Shown here one piece after another: positions 41,620 to 51,587 of a stretch of 64,000 bases of DNA. Origin of the DNA: Longimicrobiales bacterium (GTDB lineage Bacteria > Gemmatimonadota > Gemmatimonadetes > Longimicrobiales > Gaopeijiaceae); contig CBDCKN010000001.1 in assembly GCA_965218295.1 (NCBI GenBank), forward strand, positions 1-64,000, given 5' to 3'. Made by a program: the position numbers and the translations under genes. The number at the start of each line of letters is the position of its first letter. Positions within the stretch are counted from its first letter, which is position 1. Below the pieces are notes generated by a model. The model did not search any database, had not been told where the DNA came from, and saw only the letters and a list, made by a program, of their open reading frames with translations.

Positions 41620-44600
41620 CTACCAGCCGGGCGAGAGCAGGAAGCCCCAGTGCGCTCCCTTGTCGGGCCGCTGGAAGGGATAGGCGTAGTAGGCCTCCAG
41701 AATCAGGAACCCGAGGATGTTGAAACGGGCGCTCGCGCCGGCGGAGAACACCGGGACACGCTTTCCACTGGACCGCACGAAGTCGAAGTCGACCTCGTCC
41801 AGGGAATTCCACGCCAGTCCGGCATCGGCGAAGAGCACGAACTCGGTGGGCAGGAACGGAAAGTTCAGGAGGCCGAACTGCGGGGTCCCGAGCACCGGCA
41901 CGCGCATCTCGAGGTTGGCCACGGCCAACCGATGTCCGAAGAGACGGTCGAAGCCGGCACAGCTGCCGGCCACGGAGCCGGGCTCGATGGAGCTTAATTC
42001 ACACTCCTCGGGCTCGAAGCTCTCGAAGGCGTATCCACGGACGAAGGTCTCCCAGCCCAGGAAGTACGGCTGAATCGCCGAGTTCCTCCGATCCGGATCG
42101 AGGTTCTTGCCGTAGCGTCCGAAGTGGAGGCCTCTGGCCGCGAACGTGAAGTTACGCGTCGGGCTCAGATAGCGCCGGAAGTCTGCCACGATCGTGGAGA
42201 AGTTGAGCGTGCCCAGGGTCTGGCCCACTTCCAGGCGGAAGCGGCCGCCGCCCACGGGTGACGTGAACCCGGTAAGCGAGTTGTCGCCCACGAGAGCGAT
42301 CGAAGCCGAGAACATGTTGAGGGGAGGAAAAATCGGCGGCAGCGACACCCGGGCCGCAGCCCCGAAGCCACCGAACCGATTGAAGTAGTACCGATCCTCT
42401 TCGGCGTCGGAGGACCAGCGCTGAACTCCGATGTTGCCCTCCACCCGTCTCGTCGTCGAGAAGGGATAGGCAAGGAGAAGGCTGGTCTGGGTCAGGAAGA
42501 TCCGATTGCGAACAAGGCCCTGGTACGTGCCGTTCTCGTCCTGGTCGATCGTCCAGTAGCCAAAGAGGTAGGGAATCCGTCCAGCCGAGACTCCCCAGTT
42601 CAGCCGCTTCTCCTGGTTCAAATAGTAGAGCTGGCCACCGATGTCCTTGTAGGTGCCGTTCGCCTGGAAGGCGACGCCCAGGGACCGATTCCCGAGCATG
42701 TCGCTGAAGAACGCCGAGGCACCACCACCCACATAGTTCCCGAACCGGTCCGTGCCCACGCCCAGCGCCGGCTGTCCCACGTAGTCAAGTGAGAGGGACG
42801 AGTCATACTTGACGGCATTCTCGACCAGGTAGGTGCCGGTAGGCTCGAGGCCGGTCTGGGCATCGGCCAGATAACCCGCGATTCGGCTCGACCGCGTCGG
42901 CAGGCTCGGGGGCAGGAGCCGCCCGGGCTGACGCTCTGCAGAGGCCGTGACGATCTCGCCACCGGCGTCTGCTTCCCCCGCCTGCAGGCTGTACACGTGG
43001 AACTCGAAGGCATCGAAGACGGTGAAGAGGATCGTCCCCGCCTCACTAGCCACAGAGAGGGTCGGCGACATGCCAGTGATCCCGCTCACTGCAGTGGACA
43101 AACGTGTGATGCGGCGAATGTCCGTGGTGGCGAACTCGTACTGGTAGATGTCGCTGAAGCCATCCTGATCCGAGACGAAGTAGAGGCTCCGGCCATCCGG
43201 GGCGTACTGCGGGTTCATGTGCTTCACGTTGCCGAAGATGTCCATCACCTCGACCTCGCCCGTTCTGACGTTCGCGAAAGCGATCTGGGGCTTGCTGTAC
43301 TTGAGGTTCTCGAAATCCGTGATGCTGCCTCGGTCGGACGCGAAGGCGATGGTGGTGCCGTCGGGCGACCAGGTCGGCTGAAGGTCGGCGAACTTGTCGT
43401 TCGTGAGCTGGCGCAGGGCGCCGGTCTCGACGTCCCAGACGTAGATATCGCTCACGCCTCCCTGCATCCCCGAAAAGGCGATGTACTGTCCGTTCGGGGA
43501 CCACGCGGGGGCGGTGATAGCTCCGACCTCGTCCAGGTCGATCTTCCGCTCGATTTTACCGCTGCCGACCTCGACTATGGCCAGCTCGTTGTCACCCTCG
43601 GCGAACACCGTGAACACGAACTTCTCCCCATCGGGGGACCAGGCCCCGGCGGAGTCGATGAACCGCAGGGCGTCGAAGTGGGGATCGGCGTTGGCGCTCA
43701 CGAGCTTGCGTTGGATCTCACCCGTGCGGGCGTCGGCTATGAAGAGATCGATGCCGAAGAGGTCCTTCTCCGAGAGGAAGGCGACCAATCGCCCGTCAGG
43801 GCTCACCGCAGGCGAGACGTTCTGCTTGCCCGCCCCCGTGGACGGGGCGAGGAGCAGCGCTCCGGACTCACTGGGCGCCCGCCGCCCACCCATGAGCGGC
43901 AGGTACTCGTTCTCCACTGCTTCCCGCCACTCCACGGACAGACTGTCCGAGGACGTGCCCAGAACCTGCTGAAGAGCCGGCTCCCAACCCACGCGCAGGG
44001 ACCGCCGGTAGAGATCCACGACTCTTTCGTCGCCGTACGTGCCCCCGATGTAAGCCCAGAGTGCCTGACCGAACCGATAGGGGAAGAAGCGACGCTCATT
44101 GGTCATCTGCTTGATCGTGGGGAGGTCCTCCCGCTGGATGGCGTCTCTCAACCACATGGCGGTGAGCGGGTCCTCACGGCCCACCGAGAGGTACTCGGCC
44201 ATCCCCTCGATCAACCAAAGGGGCAGGAGCGATAGGCCCCTGATTCCGGCTCCGGAGCGACCCTGGGCCACATTGTACTGGAACGCATGGACCAACTCGT
44301 GGCCGAGCACGTGGTCCGTGTCCCAATAGGACCCCGTGAGGGGCATGATGACGCGATTCTTCAGCGACTCCGTGACGCCACCCGTTCCCTCGCTGAGGGA
44401 TCCTCTGAGCGTATTGGTCTGCTGGAAGTCGGGATGGTCCGCGTACAGGATGATGGGCTTGGGCTTCTCGAATTCGTGCTGGAACAGGCGTGCCAGACGC
44501 TCATACCAGCGCTCGCTCATGCGTGCCGCGTCTTCGACGGCCTCCCCCTCCTCCGGGTAGAAGTGGATGTCGAAGTGGGGCGTCTTGAGGATCTTGAAGT

Positions 44601-44745
44601 CGAAGGTCTCGTACTGGACCTTGTTCCGCCCGAAGTACTGGGCCGACGCGGGAAACGGAAGAGTCAGGACGGCCGAACATGCCACGAGGGCGGCTACCAG
44701 GCGCGTCATCGACCCTACGGCCCGAACTCGGTTGGGGAACTTCAT
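41620..44745 (-). CDS. Omp85-family outer-membrane protein with N-terminal zinc-peptidase and TolB-like beta-propeller domains
   Basis: Signal peptide, HELVH..EGMAEY, repeated WSPDG units, VRGY barrel motif, terminal Trp. Confidence 0.85.
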   Translation of the reverse strand: MKFPNRVRAVGSMTRLVAALVACSAVLTLPFPASAQYFGRNKVQYETFDFKILKTPHFDIHFYPEEGEAVEDAARMSERWYERLARLFQHEFEKPKPIILYADHPDFQQTNTLRGSLSEGTGGVTESLKNRVIMPLTGSYWDTDHVLGHELVHAFQYNVAQGRSGAGIRGLSLLPLWLIEGMAEYLSVGREDPLTAMWLRDAIQREDLPTIKQMTNERRFFPYRFGQALWAYIGGTYGDERVVDLYRRSLRVGWEPALQQVLGTSSDSLSVEWREAVENEYLPLMGGRRAPSESGALLLAPSTGAGKQNVSPAVSPDGRLVAFLSEKDLFGIDLFIADARTGEIQRKLVSANADPHFDALRFIDSAGAWSPDGEKFVFTVFAEGDNELAIVEVGSGKIERKIDLDEVGAITAPAWSPNGQYIAFSGMQGGVSDIYVWDVETGALRQLTNDKFADLQPTWSPDGTTIAFASDRGSITDFENLKYSKPQIAFANVRTGEVEVMDIFGNVKHMNPQYAPDGRSLYFVSDQDGFSDIYQYEFATTDIRRITRLSTAVSGITGMSPTLSVASEAGTILFTVFDAFEFHVYSLQAGEADAGGEIVTASAERQPGRLLPPSLPTRSSRIAGYLADAQTGLEPTGTYLVENAVKYDSSLSLDYVGQPALGVGTDRFGNYVGGGASAFFSDMLGNRSLGVAFQANGTYKDIGGQLYYLNQEKRLNWGVSAGRIPYLFGYWTIDQDENGTYQGLVRNRIFLTQTSLLLAYPFSTTRRVEGNIGVQRWSSDAEEDRYYFNRFGGFGAAARVSLPPIFPPLNMFSASIALVGDNSLTGFTSPVGGGRFRLEVGQTLGTLNFSTIVADFRRYLSPTRNFTFAARGLHFGRYGKNLDPDRRNSAIQPYFLGWETFVRGYAFESFEPEECELSSIEPGSVAGSCAGFDRLFGHRLAVANLEMRVPVLGTPQFGLLNFPFLPTEFVLFADAGLAWNSLDEVDFDFVRSSGKRVPVFSAGASARFNILGFLILEAYYAYPFQRPDKGAHWGFLLSPGW

Positions 44746-44946
44746 GTAACACCTCTATCTGTGACGGACCAACCCAAAGCACCGGCAAAGTACTGCCTCA
44801 CCGAACCAAGGCTCAACTTCGGCCTCCCGCGACCTCGATGCTCCGGGTCCCCCTCCCAGTCGTCCGAAGCGAGCCCTCCAGAGAAGGAACGCCTCAGATG
44901 GGTCGACGCGTTCCAGCGTCGGCCCTTTACTGCGTTCCACCTCCTG

Positions 44947-44962
44947 TGCAAGATTCCTGCCC
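44947..44962 (-). promoter_or_regulatory. Candidate sigma54 (-24/-12) promoter
   Basis: Minus strand GGGCAG-GAATC-TTGCA with GG-N10-GC spacing, about 200 bp upstream of the Omp85 gene. Confidence 0.5.
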
Positions 44963-45007
44963 GGAGCGACGCACTCCCCCGCATAGGAACTCTTTACTGG
45001 ACACCAC

Positions 45008-45241
45008 ATGTCATCCTTTCGTTCCAGGCTCCTCGCGCTTCCTCTGGTCTTCCTGTCGTGCACGTCGGGTGACCGCCCCGTGCCCGGCATCGGTGAGCTC
45101 GAAGTGCTGGACCTGCCCCCCGGAGAGGGCAGCATGTGGCCGGGGCTGTCCACCTACGGGGACAGGGTCGTCTTGAGCTGGCAAGAGTCTGACGAAAACG
45201 ACGCCTGGTTCGTTAAAACGGCAATCGAGGCTTTACAATGA
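45008..45241 (+). pseudogene. Short lipoprotein-like ORF, possibly an internally deleted gene
   Basis: Lipobox-like FLSC; stop overlaps the TlpA start (ATGA). Confidence 0.45.
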
Positions 45242-45756
45242 GCGTACTGTATCGAAGTGCCCGGCTGGCCCTCCTCCTGGTCGTCACGGCGTGTATCGGT
45301 GCTGGTGCGGACCTTAGTCCCCCCCGGGCAGGCGACCAGGCTCCGGACTTCGAGGCCATAGCCCTGGAAGACGGCCAGACGGTGTCGTTGGCCGATTTCC
45401 GTGGCAGTCCGGTCCTGGTGAATCTGTGGGCCACCTGGTGTGGGCCCTGCCGCTTCGAGATACCTTACCTGGAGTCGGTCTACCAGGAGTATCAGGAGCG
45501 AGGGCTCAAGATCGTCGGAGTCTCGGTGGACTCCCGGGCTTCTCTGGACGCCGTGGAGCAGTTCCTGGCCGACAAGGGCGTCACCTACGACATCCTTCTC
45601 GATCCGGACATGGTCTCCACCGACGTCTTCGCCGCCATCGGGCTGCCGGCCTCATTCCTCATCGACGCAGAGGGGATGATCCTGTTCGATCGGCTCGGCC
45701 CGATCATCGAGGACGACCCCGAGTTCCTTGCCGCCCTGGAGGACGCGCTTCGCTAG
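45238..45756 (+). CDS. TlpA/ResA-family thiol-disulfide oxidoreductase
   Basis: APDF, NLWATWCGPC, GLP.SFLID. Confidence 0.92.
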   Translation: MSVLYRSARLALLLVVTACIGAGADLSPPRAGDQAPDFEAIALEDGQTVSLADFRGSPVLVNLWATWCGPCRFEIPYLESVYQEYQERGLKIVGVSVDSRASLDAVEQFLADKGVTYDILLDPDMVSTDVFAAIGLPASFLIDAEGMILFDRLGPIIEDDPEFLAALEDALR

Positions 45757-45818
45757 TGTTCCGTTGCGGATGCACCGTGCCCTCGACTGGCCGAGACACT
45801 TTGGCAACGGGACACTAG
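45753..45818. mobile_element. Palindromic miniature element, copy E4
   Basis: Reverse complement of E1 with 3 mismatches; its TAG is the TlpA stop. Confidence 0.85.
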
Positions 45819-45836
45819 GGGTTCCGGGCGACGCCT

Positions 45837-46973
45837 ATGTCCGTTCATATCTCGTTGGCAGCCGTCGAGACCCCGGCCGGGGTCGCCGATCTCGCCAAGG
45901 TCAGGGCCAATCTGGAGCGGGTAATAACCTACTGCCGTGAGCACGGCATTTCGTGGCGTCCCCACATCAAGACGCACAAGTGCACCCGTCTGGCCCGTCT
46001 CCAAATCGAGGCCGGAGCACAGGGCCTGTCGGTGGGCACGCCCCGGGAGGCGGAGGTCATGTCCACGGTGTGTGACGACCTTCTTCTGGCTTATCCCGTC
46101 ATAGGCGACTCGAAGCTGGATCGGGTCATGGCCATACACAAGCGCGTCCGGCTCACGGTGGGGCTCGACTCGGAGGCGGCCCTGAGGGCGGTGGCCGCTG
46201 CGGCTCAGCGGGCGGGAAGATTCGTCAGGATTCTGGTCGAAGTCGACCTGGGCATGAGCCGTGTGGGCCTCGAGACCAAGGAAGAGGTCGTCCGTCTGGC
46301 AGGCCGGATTCGGGACTTCGAGGGGGTCGAGTATGCGGGGCTCATGTTCTACCCGGGCCACATCCGTGGACCCCAGGAAGGGCAGGACGCCGAGCTCGAG
46401 GTCCTGGCTTCCGACCTCCGGGAGCTCTATGAGGCTCTGGAAGCGGAGGGGTTGTCTCCGGAGGTGGTGAGCGGTGGCTCCACCCCAACGCTGTGGCGCA
46501 GCCACGAGCTTCCGGGTCTCACCGAGATCCGGAGCGGGACGGCCATCTTCTTCGATCGAGAGGGCCTCACCATCGGTGTCGCCGATTCCGAGGACATGGC
46601 CTACACGATTCTGGCCACGGTGGTGAGCACGTCGGTAGGGGGCCAGGCCGTCATCGACGCGGGCTCCAAGGCCCTGTCGAAGGAGGCCAGGGGAGGAGAC
46701 GAGGGCTTCGGTGTCCTCCTGGACCACCCCGAAGTGGTCCTCAAGGCAGTCTCGGAGGAGCACGGCGTCCTCGACATCAACAGGAGCGACTGGCGTCCCG
46801 AGGTGGGAGAGCTGGTTCGAGTGCTCCCCAACCACGTGTGCGTGTCCGTCAATCTCCAGGACGAGCTACTGGTCCTGGTCGACGGAGCGCTGGAGCGCTG
46901 GCCCCTCGAAGCCCGGGGACGGCAGCCGTTCAGCGTCGCGGGCAAACCGATGGCGGCGGAGCAGGCGACTTGA
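45837..46973 (+). CDS. DSD1 / D-threonine aldolase-like PLP enzyme (alanine racemase fold)
   Basis: RPHIKTHK, SGGSTPT, DAGSKALS, SEEHG, PNHVC. Confidence 0.88.
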   Translation: MSVHISLAAVETPAGVADLAKVRANLERVITYCREHGISWRPHIKTHKCTRLARLQIEAGAQGLSVGTPREAEVMSTVCDDLLLAYPVIGDSKLDRVMAIHKRVRLTVGLDSEAALRAVAAAAQRAGRFVRILVEVDLGMSRVGLETKEEVVRLAGRIRDFEGVEYAGLMFYPGHIRGPQEGQDAELEVLASDLRELYEALEAEGLSPEVVSGGSTPTLWRSHELPGLTEIRSGTAIFFDREGLTIGVADSEDMAYTILATVVSTSVGGQAVIDAGSKALSKEARGGDEGFGVLLDHPEVVLKAVSEEHGVLDINRSDWRPEVGELVRVLPNHVCVSVNLQDELLVLVDGALERWPLEARGRQPFSVAGKPMAAEQAT

Positions 46974-47962
46974 ACCGACTCGGTGTTGACCGCATAGCCG
47001 AGCTCCTGGAGATGGCCCGGGACGTCCGGGTCCTGGTGGTAGGCGACGTGATGCTGGATCGGTACATCTCCGGTCGGGTGGCGCGCATCTCGCCCGAGGC
47101 CCCGGTCCCGGTGGTGCACGTCGAGGAAGACTCGTCGGCTGTGGGAGGCGCAGCCAACGTCGCCGCGAACCTGGTGGCGCTGGGGGCCGGGTGCGCCGTA
47201 GTGGGCTGTGTGGGCGACGACGAGGCGGGCCGGGAGCTCAGAGGCGAGCTGGAGGAGCTGGGTGTCGACCTCGATGGGCTCGTGGCGGCCCCGCACCGTC
47301 CCACCACCGTGAAGACCCGGGTCATGGCCCGCCATCAGCAGGTCGTCCGGGTGGACCGTGAGCAGGTCGGCGACATCGATGAGGAGACCGCGGACAGGCT
47401 GGCCCACGCGGCCCGCACCCTGTCGAGCGCATGCTCGGCCGTCGCGATGCAGGACTACAACAAGGGCGTCCTGGTGCCTTCGCTGGTGACGGCGGTCGTG
47501 ACCGCCGCCGCGGAGTCGAACATCCCATCCGTCGTGGACCCGAAGCGCCAGCGCTTCTTCGAGTATCCGGGCGTCACGATATTCAAGCCTAACGCCAAGG
47601 AGCTGGAGGACGCCCTGGGCGAGCCTCTGCGGCCTGACGACGGGACCTGGATGGAGGCGGTTCGGGAGCGCCTGGCGTGCCACCATCTTCTGCTCACTTT
47701 GGGCGAGCAGGGAATGGCGCTTCACTCGGAGGGAGCCGAGACAGTACTCCTGCCGACCTCGGCGCGCTCGGTGTACGACGTTTCCGGGGCCGGGGACACG
47801 GTTACGGCGGTTCTCGCTGTGTGTCTGGCAGCAGGCGGGACGGCGCTGGAATCCGCCATCTTGGCCAACCACGCGGCGGCCCTCGAGGTGGCGAAGGCGG
47901 GTGTGGCGACGGTGACCCCGTCCGAGATCCTCGCTCACGCCGAGGAGATCCTCGCCGAGTAA
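46970..47962 (+). CDS. D-glycero-beta-D-manno-heptose-7-phosphate kinase (HldE/RfaE domain I)
   Basis: GDVMLDRY, RISPEAPVPV, DYNKG, VDPK, DVSGAGDT. Confidence 0.92.
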   Translation: MNRLGVDRIAELLEMARDVRVLVVGDVMLDRYISGRVARISPEAPVPVVHVEEDSSAVGGAANVAANLVALGAGCAVVGCVGDDEAGRELRGELEELGVDLDGLVAAPHRPTTVKTRVMARHQQVVRVDREQVGDIDEETADRLAHAARTLSSACSAVAMQDYNKGVLVPSLVTAVVTAAAESNIPSVVDPKRQRFFEYPGVTIFKPNAKELEDALGEPLRPDDGTWMEAVRERLACHHLLLTLGEQGMALHSEGAETVLLPTSARSVYDVSGAGDTVTAVLAVCLAAGGTALESAILANHAAALEVAKAGVATVTPSEILAHAEEILAE

Positions 47963-48012
47963 ACGAAACGGTCTAAATATATCCACGACAACTCGTTAGG
48001 GAGTGTTATCGG

Positions 48013-48399
48013 ATGAATGACTTGAAGATGATCCACACCCCCGACGCCCCCGAGGCCATAGGCCCGTACTCACAGGCGGTGGTCGTCGACGAGTGGGTGT
48101 TCGCTTCGGGACAGATTCCCATCGACCCCGCGACGGGCGAGTTGATCGACGGAGACGTGGCCGCCCAGACCCACCGGGTCTTGAGCAACCTCGCGGCGGT
48201 GCTCCGCGAGGCGGACAGCTCCTTGAGCAACGTGGTGAAGACAACGGTCTACCTGGCCGACATGGGCACGTTCGCGGAGATGAACGCCGTGTACGCCGAG
48301 CACTTCGGTGATCACCGGCCGGCCCGGGCTACGGTACAGGCGGCGGGCCTCCCGAAGGCCGTGGATGTGGAGATCGACGTGATCGCCCGGACGGGCTGA
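48013..48399 (+). CDS. ridA: RidA/YjgF enamine deaminase
   Basis: AIGPYSQA, SGQIP, PARA, LPK..VEID. Confidence 0.92.
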   Translation: MNDLKMIHTPDAPEAIGPYSQAVVVDEWVFASGQIPIDPATGELIDGDVAAQTHRVLSNLAAVLREADSSLSNVVKTTVYLADMGTFAEMNAVYAEHFGDHRPARATVQAAGLPKAVDVEIDVIARTG

Positions 48400-48401
48400 G
48401 G

Positions 48402-48536
48402 CATGACCTGGGCGGGCTGCGGATCGAGTTTCTGGACGGCTCGGGAGAGACCATCCAGTCCTTCGAGGGAGTCGCCGAGGGCAGGATCTTCTGGGCCGCC
48501 GGCAACAACGGACCGATGGCCGTGCCTGGTGTATGA
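48402..48536 (+). pseudogene. Start-less gene scar resembling the C-terminal part of a VPS10/glycosyl-hydrolase-like protein
   Basis: My translation: LRIEFLDGSGETIQSFEG..IFWAAGNNGPMAVPGV*; family resemblance recalled, not searched. Confidence 0.4.
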
Positions 48537-48554
48537 GAAGATGGACATGAGCCG

Positions 48555-48908
48555 ATGGACATGAGAAGACTGCTTCCCGGTGTGCGAATGGCCGCCCTGA
48601 TCCTCCTGGTGTGGATCACGGGGTGCTCAGGGGTCGGGGGTCGTGACCCGTTCACGGGCACGACCAAAGCCATGATCTTCATCGAGGTCGACAACCGGAA
48701 CTTCAACCAGGCCACGATCTGGATGCTGTCCGGCTCCGGCCAGCGGCGCCTGGGCGTGGTGAACGGCATGGTGAATAAGACCTTCGAGGTTGAATGGGAC
48801 CGATCGGACGACCTCAGGCTGAGGGTGCGCGTGTTGGGCGGGCGGGGCTTCACTACGGGCCGGCAGCTGGTCATTCCGGGGGACCACATCCAGCTTTATA
48901 TCACATGA
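48555..48908 (+). CDS. Hypothetical lipoprotein
   Basis: Signal peptide with ITGC lipobox. Confidence 0.6.
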   Translation: MDMRRLLPGVRMAALILLVWITGCSGVGGRDPFTGTTKAMIFIEVDNRNFNQATIWMLSGSGQRRLGVVNGMVNKTFEVEWDRSDDLRLRVRVLGGRGFTTGRQLVIPGDHIQLYIT

Positions 48909-49011
48909 GCCACCATCACGCTGTTCGTGGAGAGCCGCACCCAGGCCGATCCTGGCGACCCTGAGGCAGTCGGAGCTTCGCAACCGCAGGTAAGGCGTAC
49001 TTTCGCCCGGG

Positions 49012-51447
49012 CTACTCCCCGTAGGGGACCCAGATGTTCTTGATCTGTGTGGCCTGCCTCAGGAACTCTTCGCCCTCGCCGTGCTCGGCGCTCCACCAGT
49101 CCCGGTGCCTTCCGTAGCTGACCCACGTCCGCTTCATGTTGCCTGTGGACAGCCGCTCGACCTCCTCGCTGCCTGAGGCGTCACCCATGAACCACATGCC
49201 GTCCACGTCGTCGTGGGCGGCCAGGACCGGGGCCAGCTCCTGCCGGAGCCCGGTCACGATGTTCAGGGCGCCCCCAGGCACATCCGACGTCTCGAGAACC
49301 TGATAGAGGTGCGTTGCCAGGAGGGGCCAGCGCTCGGAGGGGACGGCGACGACGGCGTTCCCCATGGCCAGCAGGGGAGCCACCAGCGAGACGAAGGCCA
49401 GGAGGGGTGCCTCATCGGGACAAACGACGGCCACCACGCCGATGGGCTCGGGCATGGCCAGCGTGACGTTCCGGAACGGCGTGTGGTGCACCAGGCCGTC
49501 GTACTTGTCCGCCCACGCGGCGTAGGTGAAGAGCCGCCGGAGCGTGAGGCCCACCTCGGCTTCGGCGACCTTCTTACGGATTCCCGTCATCCGCTGGAGG
49601 CGGTCGCGGAACTCGTCCTGGCGAATCGAGAGATTCTCCGCCAGGTAATAGAGGACTTGGGCCCGGTTGTGCGAGGTCTTGGGCGTCCACAGCCCGGCTC
49701 CCTGGTGGGCCGCCTCGACCGCGTTGCGGATGTCCTTTCGATTTCCCCGGGGCACTTCGCCGATGATGGTTCCGTCCTTCCCACGGACCAGCAAGCTGTA
49801 GTCCCCGTCGGCTCGGACCTGCTTGCCGCCCACGTACAGCTTGGTGGTCCGATCAATGGCCGGGGTCTTCCCACGGTCACCCCCGGCCGAGGCCGAGGGT
49901 CCCGCCTCCGCGGGATCCAATAGTCCCGACTGGTCGGAGGTCCTGGGACCATACGGCCGGTCCCGCGCGGCATCCTTCTCGCCGACCGGCGTCACGTACT
50001 CCCAGAGCCCCTCCTTGCCGCCCTCTCTCCCGTATCCGCTCTCCCGGTATCCACCGAAGCCCGAGGCGGCGTCGAACAGGTTGGTACAGTTCACCCAGAT
50101 CGTCCCGGCCTTGAGCTTGGGGGCGATGTCGAGGGCGAGGTTCACGCTCTCCGTCCAGATGCTGGCCGCCAACCCATAGCGCGTGTCGTTGGCCAACTCC
50201 ACCGACTCCTCGGGCGTGCGGAAGCTCATCATGACGACCACGGGCCCGAAGATCTCGACGCGCGCGATCGTGGAAGAAGGGCTGACGTCGGTGCAGAGGG
50301 TAGGCGGATAGAACCATCCCTCTCTGGGGGTTGCCCAAGACGGCTGCCAGATCCGAGCGCCCTCCGCCTTCCCCTGCTCGACGAGGGCCCGGATCTTCTC
50401 CAGTTGGACGGGAGCGACGATGGCACCCAGGTCCACGGACTTGTCCAGCGGATCCCCCATGCGAAGGGTCTCCATGCGGGCCCGGAGCTTGCGCTCGAGT
50501 GTCTCTGCGATGCCTTCCTGGACCAGGATGCGGGAGCCGGCGCAGCACACCTCGCCCTGGTTGAACCAGATGGCGTCCACCACGCCCTCGACGACGCTGT
50601 CGAGGTCGGCGTCCTCGTAAACGAGGAAGGGCGACTTGCCACCGAGCTCGAGCGATATCTTTTTGCCGCTCCCCGCCGTCGCAGCGCGGATGATCCGACC
50701 CACTTCGGTGGATCCCGTAAAGGCGATCTTGTGCACGTCCGGATGCTTCACCAGGGCCGCTCCGGTCTCGCCGTCGCCCGTCACGACGTTGACCACCCCC
50801 GGTGGGAGGCCCACATCCTGGCAGAGCTCGGCGAAGAGAAGGGCCGTCAGAGACGTGAACTCGGCCGGCTTCAGGACCAGCGTGTTTCCCATGGCCAGAG
50901 CCGGGGCGATCTTCCATGAAAGCATGAGCAGGGGGAAGTTCCACGGAATGATCTGGCCCACCACGCCCACGGGGCCGTAGCCAGGTAGGGCCTCGTCCCG
51001 AAGCTGGGCCCATCCAGCATGGTGGTAGAAGTGGCGGGCCACCAGTGGAATATCCAGGTCCCGCGACTCCCGGATGGGCTTCCCGTTGTCCATGCTCTCC
51101 AGGACGGCGAAGAGGCGGGCCCGCTTCTGGATGCCGCGGCCCAGGGCGTAGAGGTAACGCGCCCTGGCGTGCCCATCCAGGTTGCTCCACGAGTGAAACG
51201 CCTTCGCGGCGGCCTGCACGGCGCCATCGACGTCCTGGCTGCTTCCCTGGCTGATGGTCGCGAGGCGCGTACCGGTGGCCGGGCTCAACGTCTCGAATCG
51301 CTCCTCGTTGGCCCCAGCGACCCAAGCCCCGTCGATGAAGTGATCGAAGGAGCGCCCGTATCCATCGAGCCACTCCTCCACGAGCTCCACGCTCTCCGGC
51401 GCGGGGCCGTACTCCATGGTATCGAAGATGTCCGCGATCTTGCTCAT
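49012..51447 (-). CDS. Two-domain (ALDH16-like) aldehyde dehydrogenase
   Basis: IPWNFP, FTGSTEVG, LELGGKSP, QGEVCCAG, plus a second degenerate ALDH domain. Confidence 0.92.
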   Translation of the reverse strand: MSKIADIFDTMEYGPAPESVELVEEWLDGYGRSFDHFIDGAWVAGANEERFETLSPATGTRLATISQGSSQDVDGAVQAAAKAFHSWSNLDGHARARYLYALGRGIQKRARLFAVLESMDNGKPIRESRDLDIPLVARHFYHHAGWAQLRDEALPGYGPVGVVGQIIPWNFPLLMLSWKIAPALAMGNTLVLKPAEFTSLTALLFAELCQDVGLPPGVVNVVTGDGETGAALVKHPDVHKIAFTGSTEVGRIIRAATAGSGKKISLELGGKSPFLVYEDADLDSVVEGVVDAIWFNQGEVCCAGSRILVQEGIAETLERKLRARMETLRMGDPLDKSVDLGAIVAPVQLEKIRALVEQGKAEGARIWQPSWATPREGWFYPPTLCTDVSPSSTIARVEIFGPVVVMMSFRTPEESVELANDTRYGLAASIWTESVNLALDIAPKLKAGTIWVNCTNLFDAASGFGGYRESGYGREGGKEGLWEYVTPVGEKDAARDRPYGPRTSDQSGLLDPAEAGPSASAGGDRGKTPAIDRTTKLYVGGKQVRADGDYSLLVRGKDGTIIGEVPRGNRKDIRNAVEAAHQGAGLWTPKTSHNRAQVLYYLAENLSIRQDEFRDRLQRMTGIRKKVAEAEVGLTLRRLFTYAAWADKYDGLVHHTPFRNVTLAMPEPIGVVAVVCPDEAPLLAFVSLVAPLLAMGNAVVAVPSERWPLLATHLYQVLETSDVPGGALNIVTGLRQELAPVLAAHDDVDGMWFMGDASGSEEVERLSTGNMKRTWVSYGRHRDWWSAEHGEGEEFLRQATQIKNIWVPYGE

Positions 51448-51448
51448 C

Positions 51449-51579
51449 TATGCGTGGTCCGTTGAAATGGGCCCAGGGCGGTGTCGCTCCGCGTCGCCCC
51501 GCCTGCGAAGTACCGTCCGGTACTCCTCGGCGGGGCTCCTTGAGCTCCTACCCCTGCATCCCATTTGAACGGCCCCATA
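51449..51579. mobile_element. Palindromic miniature element of a related type, E6
   Basis: IR CCGTTGAAATGGG (51459-51471) / CCCATTTGAACGG (51560-51572), TA at both ends, core similar to E5. Confidence 0.6.
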
Positions 51580-51587
51580 CATCACGA

